From assembly GCF_000143415.4 (NCBI RefSeq), contig NW_003314385.1:277296-341295 (forward strand): a DNA stretch of 64,000 nucleotides, read 5' to 3'. This DNA is from Selaginella moellendorffii (Eukaryota > Plantae > Lycopodiophyta). How positions within the stretch are numbered: the stretch's first letter is position 1; each line of letters begins with the position of its first letter. This document shows positions 27,527-41,500 of the stretch, piece after piece. The notes under the pieces are model-generated. The model worked only from the letters and a program-made list of their open reading frames with translations, had not been told where the DNA came from and ran no database searches. Both the position numbers and the translations under genes were made by a program.

Positions 27527-27550
27527 ATGTATGTATGTATGTATATATAT
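27458..27550. repeat. Compound (TA)n(TG)n(TATG)n microsatellite
   Basis: Direct reading. Confidence 0.9.
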
Positions 27551-27889
27551 TCCTTAATAGCTTGGATTTTAATTTTTAGTACAATAATTCAAAATTGTTG
27601 AAACTTTATGAATATTATATACTTAAATATAAAGTAAAATTAAAGAATGGAGTAATAATCTAGAATATTAAATGACAAAATTTTATAAGGACATAAGATT
27701 TTTCCACCTGAACCAGGATTTGTAAAATAAATGTTCCAAACCAAAGTTGGTTTTGAACTTTGCTGTACTTTTGGCCAAATCCATGTACGCTTGCAATCTA
27801 GATTTTTCTTCAGGCCATCAGATTTCCTCCAATATTTGCAAGCAGGGAGTAAGGTGAGGAATCTTGTCTATCCAACTCGTTGGCCTCGT

Positions 27890-28503
27890 TGGATATCACT
27901 CTGGAGCTCCAGGCAAGCTTGTCCACGCAACACTATCTGCCGGGTTTGACAGGCTCGCAATCAGTTCCTCGGTGTAGCTCAGCTCTCCAGATGTTGCAAT
28001 GATATCTGCCATGAAACCATAGAGCTCATAGCTTGGACTCAAGCCATGGTCCTCCACCATCGCCACAAAGTGCTCGCGAGCCTCTGCCACCTTTCCACCA
28101 TAGCTGCAAGCAGTGAGAACCGCAAATACAGTGAGCTCGTCAGGCTTGATGTATGAGCTGGACGAAATGAATCTTCTATTAGACCATTCTGGGCATACGC
28201 CTGTTATCGAATGAAAAATGTGCCTCGCGTCACTGACCTTGCCAACCTTTGCATAAGCCAGCAAGTAATGGGTTGGTCCCGTCCGATTGGCTTTCAGGAT
28301 ATGTCAACTTAAAAAGTTGCCACTCTTTTTTGGCTTCACGGAATAATGTTATGCCTGTGAAATGGTGCGATGAAGAAACGCTCCATTACCTCTCACAAGC
28401 CGTGGGATCATGTGGGATCAATTGCGACCTCACGGAGGGCAAGCGCGTCCACACAAGAATTCTCGAAGGAAGCCACAACAAAAACAGGTATCTGACCAAT
28501 CTT
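27890..28503. pseudogene. PPR gene fragments: a minus-strand C-terminal fragment and a plus-strand N-terminal fragment
   Basis: Minus strand: KPDELTVFAVLTACSYGGKVAEAREHF...AWTSL. Plus strand: CGINCDLTEGKRVHTRILE. Both are near-identical to about 47550-48143. Confidence 0.85.
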
Positions 28504-28594
28504 GTGGAACTGTCTCTCTTGTTCAAACTCTACTAGATGATGGATGCCATTTATGTGAATACTTTGTAGCTATAAACCATTGAGCGAAACTATG

Positions 28595-30300
28595 GACCTC
28601 GGCCCCTTAGGCCACCAAATTGCCTGAGGTCGAACTTGGGTTAGCAACCTTGGGCACTTTGGCCGCTCGGAAAGTCAAGGTTATTTAAATAAACTCAGCC
28701 CCTTGAGCCCCTAAAGTGCCCGAGGTCGAGCTCAGGCTGGCCACCTTGGGCACTTTGGCCGTTTGAGGGCGGAGGTTATTTGAATAACCTCGGCCCCTCG
28801 GATGGCTAAAGTGCCTGCAATCGAGCTCAAGCTAGCCACCTCGGGCACTTTGGCCGCCTGGGGGGTAATCTTGGCCCCTCAGGCCACTAAAGTGCCTGAG
28901 GTCAAGATCGGGCTGGCCACCTTAGGTACTTTGGCCACCCAAAGGGCTGTGGCGGCCACCAAAGTGCTTGAGGTGGCTAGCTTAACCTTGACCTTGAGCA
29001 CTTTAGGGGTTTGAGGGGTTGAGGTTATTCATATAACTTTGGCCCCCCTGGCAACCAATGTGTATAAGGTGGAGTTTTGGCTTACTTGATATTTTTTCTT
29101 TTTCTTTTTCTTTTTGATTATTTGAATTTTTGATTATCTTTGTTTAGTTTGGCTAACAAAATTTCTTCTCTTGCAAAAAAGGAAATAATACCACCTAAAA
29201 AGGTTATTAGAGCTAAGAAAATATAAGAAGTTGAATTTGGCATTGATGAAGATATTACAATCGACATGTCCATTGGCACATCAATAGAAACACAATTGCT
29301 TAGAGATCTATCGCCTCCACCACCATTGCCTCCACCATTGCCACCTCCACCATCGCCATCACCACCTCCACCACCCCCATCACCACCTCCACCATTGCCA
29401 TCGTTACTGCCATTGCCACCATTGCCACTGTCATTGCCACCATGGGCAATTCAAAGAGTTAGTGCCAAGAGCAATGCACGTTGCTCCAGAATGATTGGGA
29501 GTTGAGGTCAATGTCTTGCATTTGTGTGCTCAGGTTCAAGTTCTTTAGTAGTGCCATGTTTCTGGGGTTGTCGAGATCTAGGGGTGAAAGGCTGCCAATC
29601 AAGCTAGATTTAATGTTGTAGGACTAATGTTACTCATACAAGCCGGATCCACAACTTAAATAATTTGAAGCCAAATTTTGTGCCAAAGGAGTAGTCAGTT
29701 AAGCAAAGTTGCAATCTTTTGAAAGAAGAGATTGAAAGTCTAGAGAGAGCAAATTTCAAGCTAAAGACTTCTTTAAATATTGTTATTAATACTATTATGC
29801 CACCAATATCAACATTAGATCAGCATACACGACTAACTAGGAATGGGAAGGTTGTACAATATAGGTCTTCCATTTCAAAAGGTGCATAAGAGAAGATCAG
29901 CTGACAAAAGAGTTGAAGTGCACAATCACAAAGACAAACTACATCAGTGCTGTGGCTAAGGACTTTGTTGTTGTGACTGAGTCATCAATGGGTACGAGCT
30001 ACACTATCAAAATCTGTGAAAATCCATCTTGTACCTATCCAGATTTTACATAGAGGGAGAACAGGGGAAAGGTATATTTAGCCTGCAAGCATATCTATTA
30101 CATTTTTATATAGGAACTAAACTAAGATCCTAAGATCAACCATCACATCCACTAGGCAAGCCTTACAGTTGCAGAGCTTGAGAAGTGTTTTTAGATTGCT
30201 TTTAGTGTTTGGATCTATATTTATATTTGTATTTTATTGGTTGAATTTACTTGGAAATATAGATTAAATCAAAATTTGAAAAATGAAAAGATGTTGGTTC
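28595..30300 (+). mobile_element. Internally deleted DNA-transposon-like element: palindromic subterminal repeats, Pro-rich 5' gene stub and decayed Cys-rich/SWIM zinc-finger region
   Basis: Inverted and direct repeats of ccacctcgggcactttggcc occupy 28598-29060. The stub at 29190-29442 matches 61450-61770 in reverse complement. The SWIM-like stretch YTIKICENPSCTYPDF...ACKHIYYIF...IH*ASLTVAEL lies at about 29995-30185. Ends are approximate. Confidence 0.65.
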
Positions 30301-30369
30301 GGGACAAACCAATGTTTTTCTTGTGTTTGAGAAGCTGTGAGCTCAGCTTATGAGCTCGAAACCTACCCG

Positions 30370-33110
30370 GGCTTGCCCAAACTCAAAAATCAATAGATGG
30401 ACAAAATCAAAGTCATAAACAATGATATTTTAGAGACTTAAGTATCAGTGATTAAATCTTATATTAGAACACAAAAGTATGCTAAGTAAGTGATTATCTG
30501 ATAAACTAGTATTATAGTATAATAACCACCAAGATCATTATTGTTTGGAAAACATAGGATGCACTATCCAACAAAATTCAATAACAAGTGTATCATCAAG
30601 AAAACTCAATGATAACATATAACTATCAAAGAATTTAGATAGCATGCAAAACAACTTACAAAAAACTAAAAGAACACAAAGTATCATTAACTGGCAAGCA
30701 CAATGTTCGTGAATGTATCACCCGAAGGAAATAACATCCTAATCTATCAGAACTACCTCAAGCAATAATCAACAGAACAAAAGGAATGTTGCAAAATCAA
30801 CAAACACTCATTCATACCAACACCAAGAAGCAGAACCTAAACCCTCTATGTGCCACATGTTATATGCCACGTGTCACATGCCACATGTCTATAGGACAAT
30901 GGTGTGGAACCCGAGGTTCAGGGCCTTGGGCCACTAAACAAAGGAACGGTGCCAAACCCCCAAACATGGAGCTAAGGAGTGATGGAACCGGTCCACAGAG
31001 TAACTCCCGAGCATACAGCCCAAGGAGTGAAGGGATAGGGGCACAGAGCAACTTGGAATAATCCTAGAGTATCCAACATCCCAATGCCAGGATTAACACA
31101 CAAAACGGAGCCAAATGGAGTTTGGCACTATTTCAGCATACCGGTGGCCTAACATGAGAACATGGGTACTTCACCAGATAGCATGGAATGGAACTTGGGT
31201 TTAGACACAAGTCGGACACAGAACAAGGACAGGCATGCAAGTGGGAGGTAGACTATGCCCAACCTACCCACTATCCCTACTATACATTTGGAACCCCCCA
31301 TAAGCCCCCTTATAAAACACATGCTTTGGGCTTTCACCCCAAGCCTCCTTTAGTATTAGGAGTTAGTCTTTGGGACAAGCTTGAAATTTACTAAATATGG
31401 AATGGTGCTAGAATGTGAATTTGGACACGGGACAAACACCATTGTGTTCAGGCCAATTTCTACATTCCATAGATATGCCAAATGAGCAAATCTAGACACT
31501 TTCTATAAATAGCATTTGGGACTGGAATGAGAGTAACACAAAAGGAATGATAGCGAGGGTGTTTGGCAGACACGATAAGCTATCATCTAGTGATATTGAG
31601 GGACCAAGCTCAATATCACGGGGGTTCTTGATACTAGCAAGTGCAAGCTAATGACACAAGTTTCTCAAACCAGGCCGAGTATTCTCAGCAAAAAACACAT
31701 AGGGTTCTTACCTTATGTTTATCCAATTTAAGTACAGGGTCATTGACTAGTTTATCAACTAGCTCAAGTGGGAAACTAATAATGGATCTAGCAATACTGA
31801 CCTCTTGCCGTCGTGGCAGTAAAGAAAGAGTGTCCGTAAGGACTGGCCGACAGGTAACTTTTGATACCCGAAGTCACATTTGCGACATTAGGTTTTTGAG
31901 GAGTTGCCCATTGAGGTGTTGGAAAAGGTTATAGCATTCACTTGCTATGGCTTGTCGGGTGATCCATTAGCACTTGGAGTAGATTGTTGGATAGAGAAAA
32001 TGTGTAGTTAGGGCATTAACATCACTAACACTTATGTTAGTGGAAGTGGTATTGTTATTTTGAGTGATGAGGAATTTTCTTTGGACTTTGATTTTCCATA
32101 TCATTTTTCTTGTTAGTGTTTTGGCTTCACATTGGATCTTGAAGGTGGTTGAAGAAGAGTGTTAGTGCAATATGGATATCCAAAGATGTGCTCTTTGTGA
32201 TCAAACATTGGATGTTCATTTTGCATTTTGCGGATGTCGCTATTGGATATCAGAAATATGGGCAATGTTCGATGCTTAGACATATTATTGGGTTATGAGA
32301 ATTTGTGTTGAGGTGAATCTATGTGAAGTTGTTAGTAGAAAGAAGTTGGTTGAGTCTTGAAAGTTTGCATTCCTAAACTGAGAGTTATTCTTTCTCTAAG
32401 ATGGAAAATTTTCCATAAATTTTCTTAGGCTTTTCCAATGGTTGATCTGTTGATCATTTTGTTCGAAAACCAATCCATTTTCGAAAGCTAATACAAACTA
32501 GTGAAAGGGTTGAAGTTGACTTCGTTTGGCTTAAACTTTAGTAAGTAGTTTGTATAATGCAACCCAAAAGGGATGCTAACCTTTGGGGTTAACGCAATTA
32601 AGTTGGATAGAGTCCGAAATTAGTGTAGAAAAGTGGTCATTGTGCTTTTCTAGAAAAATGACTCTTGTGCCTTTCTTATATAGCATTGTGCTTGGTGGTA
32701 GGTTACACCTTGCATTTCGTTAGACTGTATGAGAAGTGAGCTCTCACTGATCTTGATTTGGTATTGGTAGCTTTGCACCTTGGTTGAGGATATGGATGTC
32801 TAACTTAGTTGTTTGCTGTTGAAATGTTGGTACCCATACTATAACTTTGTCTATGAGGAGGTTGTGTACCGATATGAGTCCATCTCATGGTTTACACTTT
32901 AGTTTTGACTAGGTGTTGATCATGCATAGCTAGCCTCTTCAAGGCATGCTCAGAACTATTGGCTAAACACATTAGTGAGCTTATTATAGTTGAGTTGGAT
33001 TCGAGTGCTCATTTAGTTCGTGCTTGTCCATGAGCTAATATCTCGTATCTGGGGTATTACATTCATATTGGACAAATATATGACTTGATGACATGAGTTT
33101 AGTGTTTCTT
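30370..33110. mobile_element. Degenerate LTR-retroelement-derived repeat
   Basis: Segments recur at 35285-35599, 43234-47530, 51400-55390 and 62000-64000. There is no intact ORF. Confidence 0.6.
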
Positions 33111-33720
33111 GTGGAACTCATTGGTGGCAATCTATATCCAAGCTCATCAGCTCGACCAAGCAAAAGCCACTTTTGACAAACTTCCCCAGCGAGATTAGTC
33201 TCGGGTTACAGGTTACGCTCAAACAGGAAAACTCCAAACAGCGGCACAATGGTTCCGTCAAATGCCGTAGTGGAACGTTGTCTCATGGAACACTCTCATC
33301 ACCGGCCATGCCAAGCATGGTGTCGAGTTGATTGCATTGAATCTCCTCTCGAGCATGAGCCTGGAAGGAGTAATACCAGACTCAACCACATTTAGCAGCC
33401 TTTTGGCTGTCTACAGCCACAAAGGGATGCTGGCTGCCTGCCGAGAAATCTTTGGACTCATGCTCCAAGACCATTGGGTCGATCCGAGCTTACAGCAGTT
33501 TTGTGGTGTGGTGGATGCCTTGGGCCAGAGTGGCAAGTTGAGCGAGGCTGAGGAGCTTGTGTCTGCTATGCCTTATTTGCCAAACCGTGTGGTATGCACT
33601 CGGTGCATGTAACATCCATAGTGATGTGACTCGTGGTGAGAGAATGGCAAGCTGCACAGTGGATGTTGCTCCAAGCTCAGGTACCTCCTACATGCTTTTG
33701 TCCAATATGTCCTCTTGATA
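33110..33720 (+). pseudogene. PPR (PLS/E-type) C-terminal fragment
   Basis: Near-identical to 49260-49870 (GVIPDSTTFSSLL, VVDALGQSGKLSEAEELV) and contains stop codons. Confidence 0.85.
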
Positions 33721-33978
33721 ATAATTTAAAAATGTTTCTGTATTATTCTTGAATTCTTAGGCTATTATATATTATATGCTTGCAAACCTGGAAAAAATAT
33801 TTTTATGTATTTTTATTACTAGTAAAATTATAAAAGTAGAGAAAAAAGATACTAGAATAATTAATAACATATAAAAGGAAAGAGATATTTTAGTATTTTG
33901 AAGGCTAATAGTTTAAATTGACTTATGCTATTTTTCAATGTGGCAATTAAAATTCATATTAAATATTTAATACAAATT

Positions 33979-34862
33979 TCAACAAAATGATTTTGAATCC
34001 CATGCAGGTTTGAATTTGGGATTACTACTAAACGTTTTTTGATATGCATAATATAAAACTAAATTACAACATTTTGCATGACTAAATATGCATCTTGATA
34101 ACAATTATAGTAATTACATTGAGTATTTGTAGCCCAAACAACAATTTTATTATATGAATATAAAACTAAGTTCCCATCTTCTTGTAATTTTAAAATACAA
34201 TTATTTCCCTTAATTAAAGTTTCTGGAGACCATAAATGTTTATCCTCTTTATATACACCTAAGTTGCAATCAAAACTCAAATATAAATATACTTTTCTAT
34301 TTTCTGAGACTAAAAATTGTGTTGATAATAAGTATTGATGAGACATATATGTATAACCACTTATTAAAAAACTTGAGAAAATGTTGCATTTAGTATGTTT
34401 CACTAAAACTTGTTGCCCTATTTGATGTTTCCTATTATAGTTTCTAATAAAATAATAAATAATAAATCTTTCAGTAGTTATAACGATAAATGAGGCAGCA
34501 AAATTATATATATCATCAGTAGACTCATCTAAAATATTTTCTAATAAATATCTTACAGTAAAGCCTAGAGTTCCTCTTCCTCTATAATGCTCAACACCAC
34601 AAATGTCTCCAATTGTATCTAGAAGAAAAACACCAAATCCAATATATGTTTGTCTTCTATTTATATGTGTAGTTGTTACATACCCATGAAAATTTTGACT
34701 TTGTGGAATTAAATCATTTGGTATTTTACCAATTGCATTTCTAATCCCTTGTAAAATAACATTTATAGTGTCTTCACCTAGTACATCAATTTATCCAGTT
34801 TCAATATCAATACTTTCAGAAATTGCAATTATTAGAATAATTAGTAGAATATTTTTATACAT
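33979..34862 (-). pseudogene. Secreted chimeric bulb-type lectin, copy 2
   Basis: Near-identical to 50128-51012, but with a GAA-to-TAA stop near 34792 and a 1-nt deletion near 34070. Confidence 0.85.
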
Positions 34863-34951
34863 TACATAAAAATTAAGAGAAATAAATAAACTCCTTTTAC
34901 TCTTTAAAACTTTATAAAATAAATGTAAACATTGTCACACATACATAAAGG

Positions 34952-34997
<46 letters not shown>

Positions 34998-35599
34998 TTA
35001 GCCTCATTTATATTTAAACTTCAACTTCTTTCTTTTTGAACATCTAATGTTAAATTGTTTTTATATTTTTACTATATATATTTTATTATATATTTTACAA
35101 TATATTTTATTATGCAAATTGCACTCTTATTTATTGACAAATGTAATAAATATTTTTTTATTATTTAACTTTTATTATCAATTCCAGTGCATAAATTAAC
35201 TTCTTGTATTAGAATTAAGCATGTTTAATAGTGTAGGACACGTGGTTTTTGCCTTTTATCCTATGATGACTTACTATAGGATAACCACGGAAGTAGAACT
35301 TAAACCCTCCATGTGCCACATGTCACATATAACATGCCAAATGCTATGTGCCCAAAGGACAATGGTGTGGAACTCAAGTTTCAGAGCCTTGGGCTACTGA
35401 ATGAAGGAACGGTGCCAAACTCCCAAATATGGAACCAAGGAGCAAAGGCATTGGAGCATGGAACAACTTTTGAGTGTACAACCCAAGGAGCAAAGGGACA
35501 AGAGTACGAAATGACTTGGAACAGTCCTAAAGCATTTAGCATCCCAATGCTAGGACTAACATGCAAAACATAGTTAAATGGAGTTTGGCATTATTTTAG

Positions 35600-38500
35600 T
35601 GTAAATAACTAATTTTTCCATTCTACTTTAATCACTTAACCACACCTCTGACCACTTGGAGGAGTCTCACTCACAACCTCCATATATCCTATTTCGGACT
35701 TGGGCTTGCTAGCCTCGAGAATAGCATCCCCACCACTCAACCTTTGCACTTGGTCTAAGTGCTCTACGTGTCCGATCCCTTGACCGACACCCCCAAGGTA
35801 CCACCAACATATCGACCCGTTACGCTAAGGCCATGCCTATTCACCTTGGTCACACCGGTGGCTTAACACCACCTACATCACCTGTCTCTCAAAGACTAAG
35901 TCATTCGTCCATGAGTGATCATCCTAGATCCACTCCTTAGCATCCTTAGGATGCCCACAGACATGAGGAATAGCCTTCCCCAATATCTCTTTTCCGGTCC
36001 CCACTAAGTCCCTTCCTGTCCATGGCCATGTTCGCCAACATTACCCCTGGATCGAGGCCCACAGGCTCGACATCTAAGTCCCACTGTCCTTTGGGACTTC
36101 CTCACCATATGACCGTATCCTTGGTCACTGCACTAGAGGATTGCTCCTTTTCCTTTTCACCGTCTGGGACTTTGGGACAACATTTCGGAACACTGTGGCT
36201 TTACGCGAGCCTCATGGGTACTCTTCCCACCTTCTGCTTTTGGGTGCTCTAGCCATGGGCTTAGAGCGAGGTTCTGTTGAGCCACATTAGGTATCCAAGT
36301 AGGTAGTGCCACCCACACTTGGACTGGGAGCATTGGCCAGTCGATCTACCGGGGGAACTAGAGCCAGCTCTTGAACACTTCACCAAGCTACCTCGCTTGT
36401 CAGTCCATGTTCACTCTAGTCTTGGACTTCCTAGTGGGCAGCTCATCACCCAACACTAAGTATAGCCTTCTTGGGCCAAACTAGCCTTTCCTAGCCAAAT
36501 TGGCTCCACTGCAGTCCTCCCCCTTACTATACTTTTGGAGCTCACCAAAGCCCCCAGGGTCTGGGAGACGAACGCTTTGGGATTTCACCCTCTCAGACTC
36601 GAACTCAGACTCGGACTCGGACTTGGACTTGGACTTGGGCTAAGGCTCGGTCTCGGTCCTGATCTCGGTCTCGGTCTCGGTCTCGGTCCCGGTCTCGGGT
36701 CCTTCTCGGACTCCATCTCGGATTCCATCTCGGGTCCATCTCAGACTCCATCTCAGACTCCGTCTTAGTCCATCTCAGACTCCATCTCGGACTCCATCTT
36801 GGGTCCATCTCGGACTCCATCTCGGGTCCATCTTGGACTCCATCTTGGACTCCATCTCAGATCCCTCTCAGACTCCATCTCGGACTTTGTCTCGGTCCAT
36901 CCTAGACTCCATCTCGGACTCCGTCTTGGTCCATCTCGGACTCCATCTCGAACTCTGTCTCGGTCCATCTTGGACTCCATCTCGGACACTTCCACGTGTC
37001 ATGTGTTGGTCTTTTTGGGTCCCTTTTTGGAGCCTCGCTTATTGCTTGCTTCGTGCTTGTTCCTCGAGCACTTTGTTGGGAGTTCCACTCTTGCTCTCAA
37101 CCTTTCAAGTCAGAGCTTTCAGTCCAAATGTGTTAAGTTCGTTTGGCTTTTGCTTCGGCCACTACCACATGGCACCCTTTCGGCTCCACTTTGAGGCCTA
37201 GGGATTTTGTGTCTCACAACTCCACCACCCATAGACAAAGTTTGATGTCCTCATCGAATGGTAAGCCATTTTTATAAAGTAACACCAACATATATTACCC
37301 TTTCCATCCTTAGCATTTAGCTAATATTCGTCAATGGTATGACACCGAAGGCTCACCATGCCTTCTCCGTCCTCTAAGGCGTATAGCCTCTCGGATATAG
37401 AGACTCGATCGACCACCTATGGTGGTTCTTTCCCTTTCATTGGTTTAGTTCTTGCTAAACCTGTTAGAGGTGCCTCCTCTATTTCAATCCCACTACTCAC
37501 TCATGAGTAGCCTTAGTTCCCATTGATATAAACTTGCACTCTAGAACTTTTAAATTTGACTTGTTAGAGTCAATTTCCTAAGTGTCTCCGACACCTTGCA
37601 TTGCACATATCATGCAACTCCCCTTCCCCATCTTTGGAAGTTCTCTATTTGAGGGCACCATCATCTTCTTTCCCATTTTGATGTGACCTTTAGCACTAAG
37701 TTCCAGTTATCCTAATTTGTGCTAGGGCTATCTATATCCCTATCATTTGGCTACTTTACCGTTTCGTGCCTTGGAGCTTCCACTTTTGCCAAATCGGAGC
37801 AATTGGGGATCCATCCTTAGAAACACATTGCCTTTCTCACAGTTCGTTAGCATTTAACATATTAGCATTCTTGGCCTAACTTTGCGTTTTGGATTTTTTC
37901 CCACGATTCTCATGGCTTTTTTCTTAGCCTTTATTCTTTTGCTCCTATCCTTGATTGTTGCACTTAGCAATATCGAATCGCTACCTCCATTCTTGAGGCA
38001 TCCTTTCGGTTCCATAGTAAAGACTTTGTTTTGCTAAGTCTAGAGGGTGTTCACCTTTAGTAAGTCTTTTTAGCATTTTCTGCTGTGGGCTCTATCCCTA
38101 GCCCAACTTTGTGACCCTCCCATGGGTCTCTTATAGAGATTACTTTCTTCGGACTCATTATGCCATTGCATTGCCATAGATCATTTCCATTAGGTGTTCC
38201 TCCCACTTGGTCACTTTGACCAAGCCACACCATCATCAATAGTTCAATTCAACACTTTGAACTAGGAACCTTACTCGTTAACCTTACAAGGACCTTATCC
38301 TTATTTTTAGCCATAAGATCACCTAGTGATCTAACTTTGGCACCTTAACAGGTTTGCCAATAAGTACTAAGTCCTTTAGACCTTTAAGTTGTTGACCATG
38401 ACCCCGGGGGCATCCCCCACACTTGGCGGTGCACCCAAGCCAGCCCTTCTGGCTAAGGGTCCATAGCAACTGAGACTGGGTGTCCCCATCTCATTCACCA

Positions 38501-41500
38501 CGTCCTTGGTGCTATTTGCACCAAAGTGTTTAAGTTAGATATGTTGAGCCACATTAAGTAATCTAACTGTGCATCATGATTTCGAGGCATCCCTCGCTTG
38601 GCGGTGTGCCCAAACCAGTCTCCTCACTGAGAGTCCATGACCATCAAAAAATGAGTGTCCTCATATTCCAAACCATCACCACGCCCTAATGATTTTGGAC
38701 TCGAACCCAAGCACTAGAGGGTCGGGACTCAAACCCAACCTCCGTATATGCATTTACGGATGGCATCACACAGAATGCCTGGCGTGACTCCCCACGCCGG
38801 TGCACCAACTTATACTTAAAGTGCGTTATAGATCACAGCTTAGGAACTTAGTTCCTCCGCACTGCCAAGTCCTCTCGCTTAACAAGTCTGTGATCATGCA
38901 TGGACTCCTCTATGCTCAGCCTTATGGGCCATCCCTTTTAAAGTTAGCACCTTCAATTAGGGGATTTGTTCCTTTGACTTGTCAATCTCACGTAGCAAGT
39001 CATCTGGCCACCGTAACATAGTTCATGGAAGTGTAAAAGTCCTTAACCATCGACTTTTGTTCAAAGCCCTCTCTTTGAACACTCGGGAACTACTTCCCCA
39101 ACCTTGATAGCTTCGGCTTATAGCTAGCTTCAAGACCACGCTTCTATTGCACCACTCTGATTTCGCGTGCTCTAAGAACCATTTACACTTGGCTTTCTAA
39201 GTACTTATCTACCTAGAATTGTCTTCGGGAACTGTCAAGGAACTCTGTTCCTTAGCTTGTTAAAGCTTCTTCTTTGCAAGCTTCTTACTCACCATATGGT
39301 CCAACATGGATAATTCCACATTTTAGACTCTTCATAGCACCGCAGTTGCTAGTAACAACATCCTCAAGCACCCTCTTGATTCTCCACTCCCAACTTGCAT
39401 AACCACTGTTGGTTATGCCCTTCGATTTTTATGGTTCAGTTCCATCCCAATACTACTTGCCTTTTGGCCCCATATGTTTCCTTTGGTTATTCTTCTCCAG
39501 ACTAGGAGGATAGCTTTGCACATTTCGAATTCCATGGTGAAATGGCTATAAAAGACATAGTTTCATAGATGACCATGTTGTTTACCATGCCTTAGCAAGT
39601 ATTCATAGGGATGAACTTACCCAATAGTTTAGGGAGTGGTTCCTTAATCTGGGCATGCTCACTTTATAATCCCACACACTGGGATTACCATTGTTACTTA
39701 TGGGCCTCCATATGCTCATCACTAGCCTTGCCAAAATCCCATTTTTGGCTTTGTCTAAATTGGGTAGACGGATTCCTCTTGTCTCTACAACTTTGGACGT
39801 TTGGATGGCACCTCCTATCCATCATTCGCTAGGGACTTAGTCCCTTGGGCTTTATCTAATGCCCTTGCAACATCAAACACCACTGCCTGGTGTTTTAAAG
39901 TGTTTGGGTGTCTCAATGATAGTCTTCTTTGGCAATGAGCATTCCCTTTACAACATTGACTTACTATATCACAACATAAGCAGCTTCTCCCCCATAAAGG
40001 TATATTTAACTTCCTTATCCTAATAATAAATCTTAAGTAGTTACCTTCTACTAGTTTAATCAATTATTTTGCACCTTTTACTTAGTTGTCTCATAGTTGT
40101 TAAGTTCTACAACTCATTACCACACCTCCATCATTATCTGGGTCACCACACTCCAACCACATGCCTTCCAGCTTAGGGCATGCCATTCCCATTTCCATTA
40201 GGATTCCTTTGAGCAGGGGTTCCCATAAACCCACCAACTTGACCTCAAGGCAACACGCCTTGGCACATTCGGTATTTCCACACCATCAGCTCCATGAGCC
40301 TACTTCTATGACACTTTTTACTTGTGTCTAAGTCTTTGCCAAAGACCAATATGGTTGTCTCTTATGCCAACTATTAGTTAGCATTACACCATAGTGTTCA
40401 CACACAACTTTATGCCAAAGTTGCTTTCTTTTTGGGGAACATCTTTCCCACGACTTTAGCATGGCACATTTTGCCTTTGATGAAATACCCTCTATTCTCA
40501 TACTTGGATCCTATGATCCCCCCCATCCTTCGTGGGGTACAACACACCTCAGTTCAAATGCTTCCATCAATTCTTTATGATTATTCCTTGACTCTATTTG
40601 AGTCATCTAGCTTTTTGGACTTTGTCATCCGACGACCCATGAGGTCCTACCTTTGAGATGCCTGCTCACTGGAATACAACTTCTTGTATTTAGGTCCTAC
40701 TCACAAAGACCATCTTTGCAAGTGTTACTTCGACATTTAATTTGTTCTATTGGGGCAACCTTTTGCCCCTTAGGAACACTTGTTCATGAGATGAGAATAC
40801 CAACTCATCCTTTGAGTACACTCTTAATTCTTTGGGTTGTTCCAACATTTATTAGAGGTAGCCCTAGCTACCATTTCAAGGACTTGTGTCCTCTTTTGTA
40901 TTTGACCGCCCACAATCATCAATTTTGGTCTCATATTTATGAGCACTAGCCCCAACTATATGAGGGTAATCTTGTGACTCCTTTATTGTTTTGGAGTCTG
41001 CATCTTTCCTGTGATCCCAATTGTAATTATTTACCGCAACTACATCAGCCAGTTTGCTAAGTCAAATGCTCATCTGGATCACATCCTCAACTTTCTGAGG
41101 AAACCCTTATATTGTTCCCCATATCCCAATGTTGTTCCCTTATTGGCCCTTTTCCATCCACCACAATGCGCACAAGTTCACACATGAACTTGAGTGGAGA
41201 GCCATGTCTTCCCAACTTGCTACTCCTCAAGGATAGACCCACTCCTAGGACCTTTCAATGCCAACACTAGTAGTGATATACTTGAGCACCAATAAAAGTT
41301 AAACTAAGGAACAACTCCAATACCAAGTTGTAAGTGACTAATTTTTCCATTCTACTTTAGTCACTTAACCACCCTCCAACCACTTGGAGGAGTCTCACTC
41401 ACAACCTCCATATATCTTATTTCGGACATGGGCTTGCTAGCCCCGAGAATGGCATCCCCACCACTCAACCTTTGCACTTGGTCCAAGTGCTCTACGTGTC

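Noticed and set aside
36595-36990. Regular short repeats resembling a CRISPR array, and the ORFs over them (also 42640-43000 and 43450-43720)
   Set aside because: These are 6/12-mer tandem repeats without unique spacers, located inside LTRs. The ORFs are low-complexity artefacts.
37219-41328. Autonomous gag-pol
   Set aside because: There is no long ORF and no recognisable RT motif, only decayed remnants.
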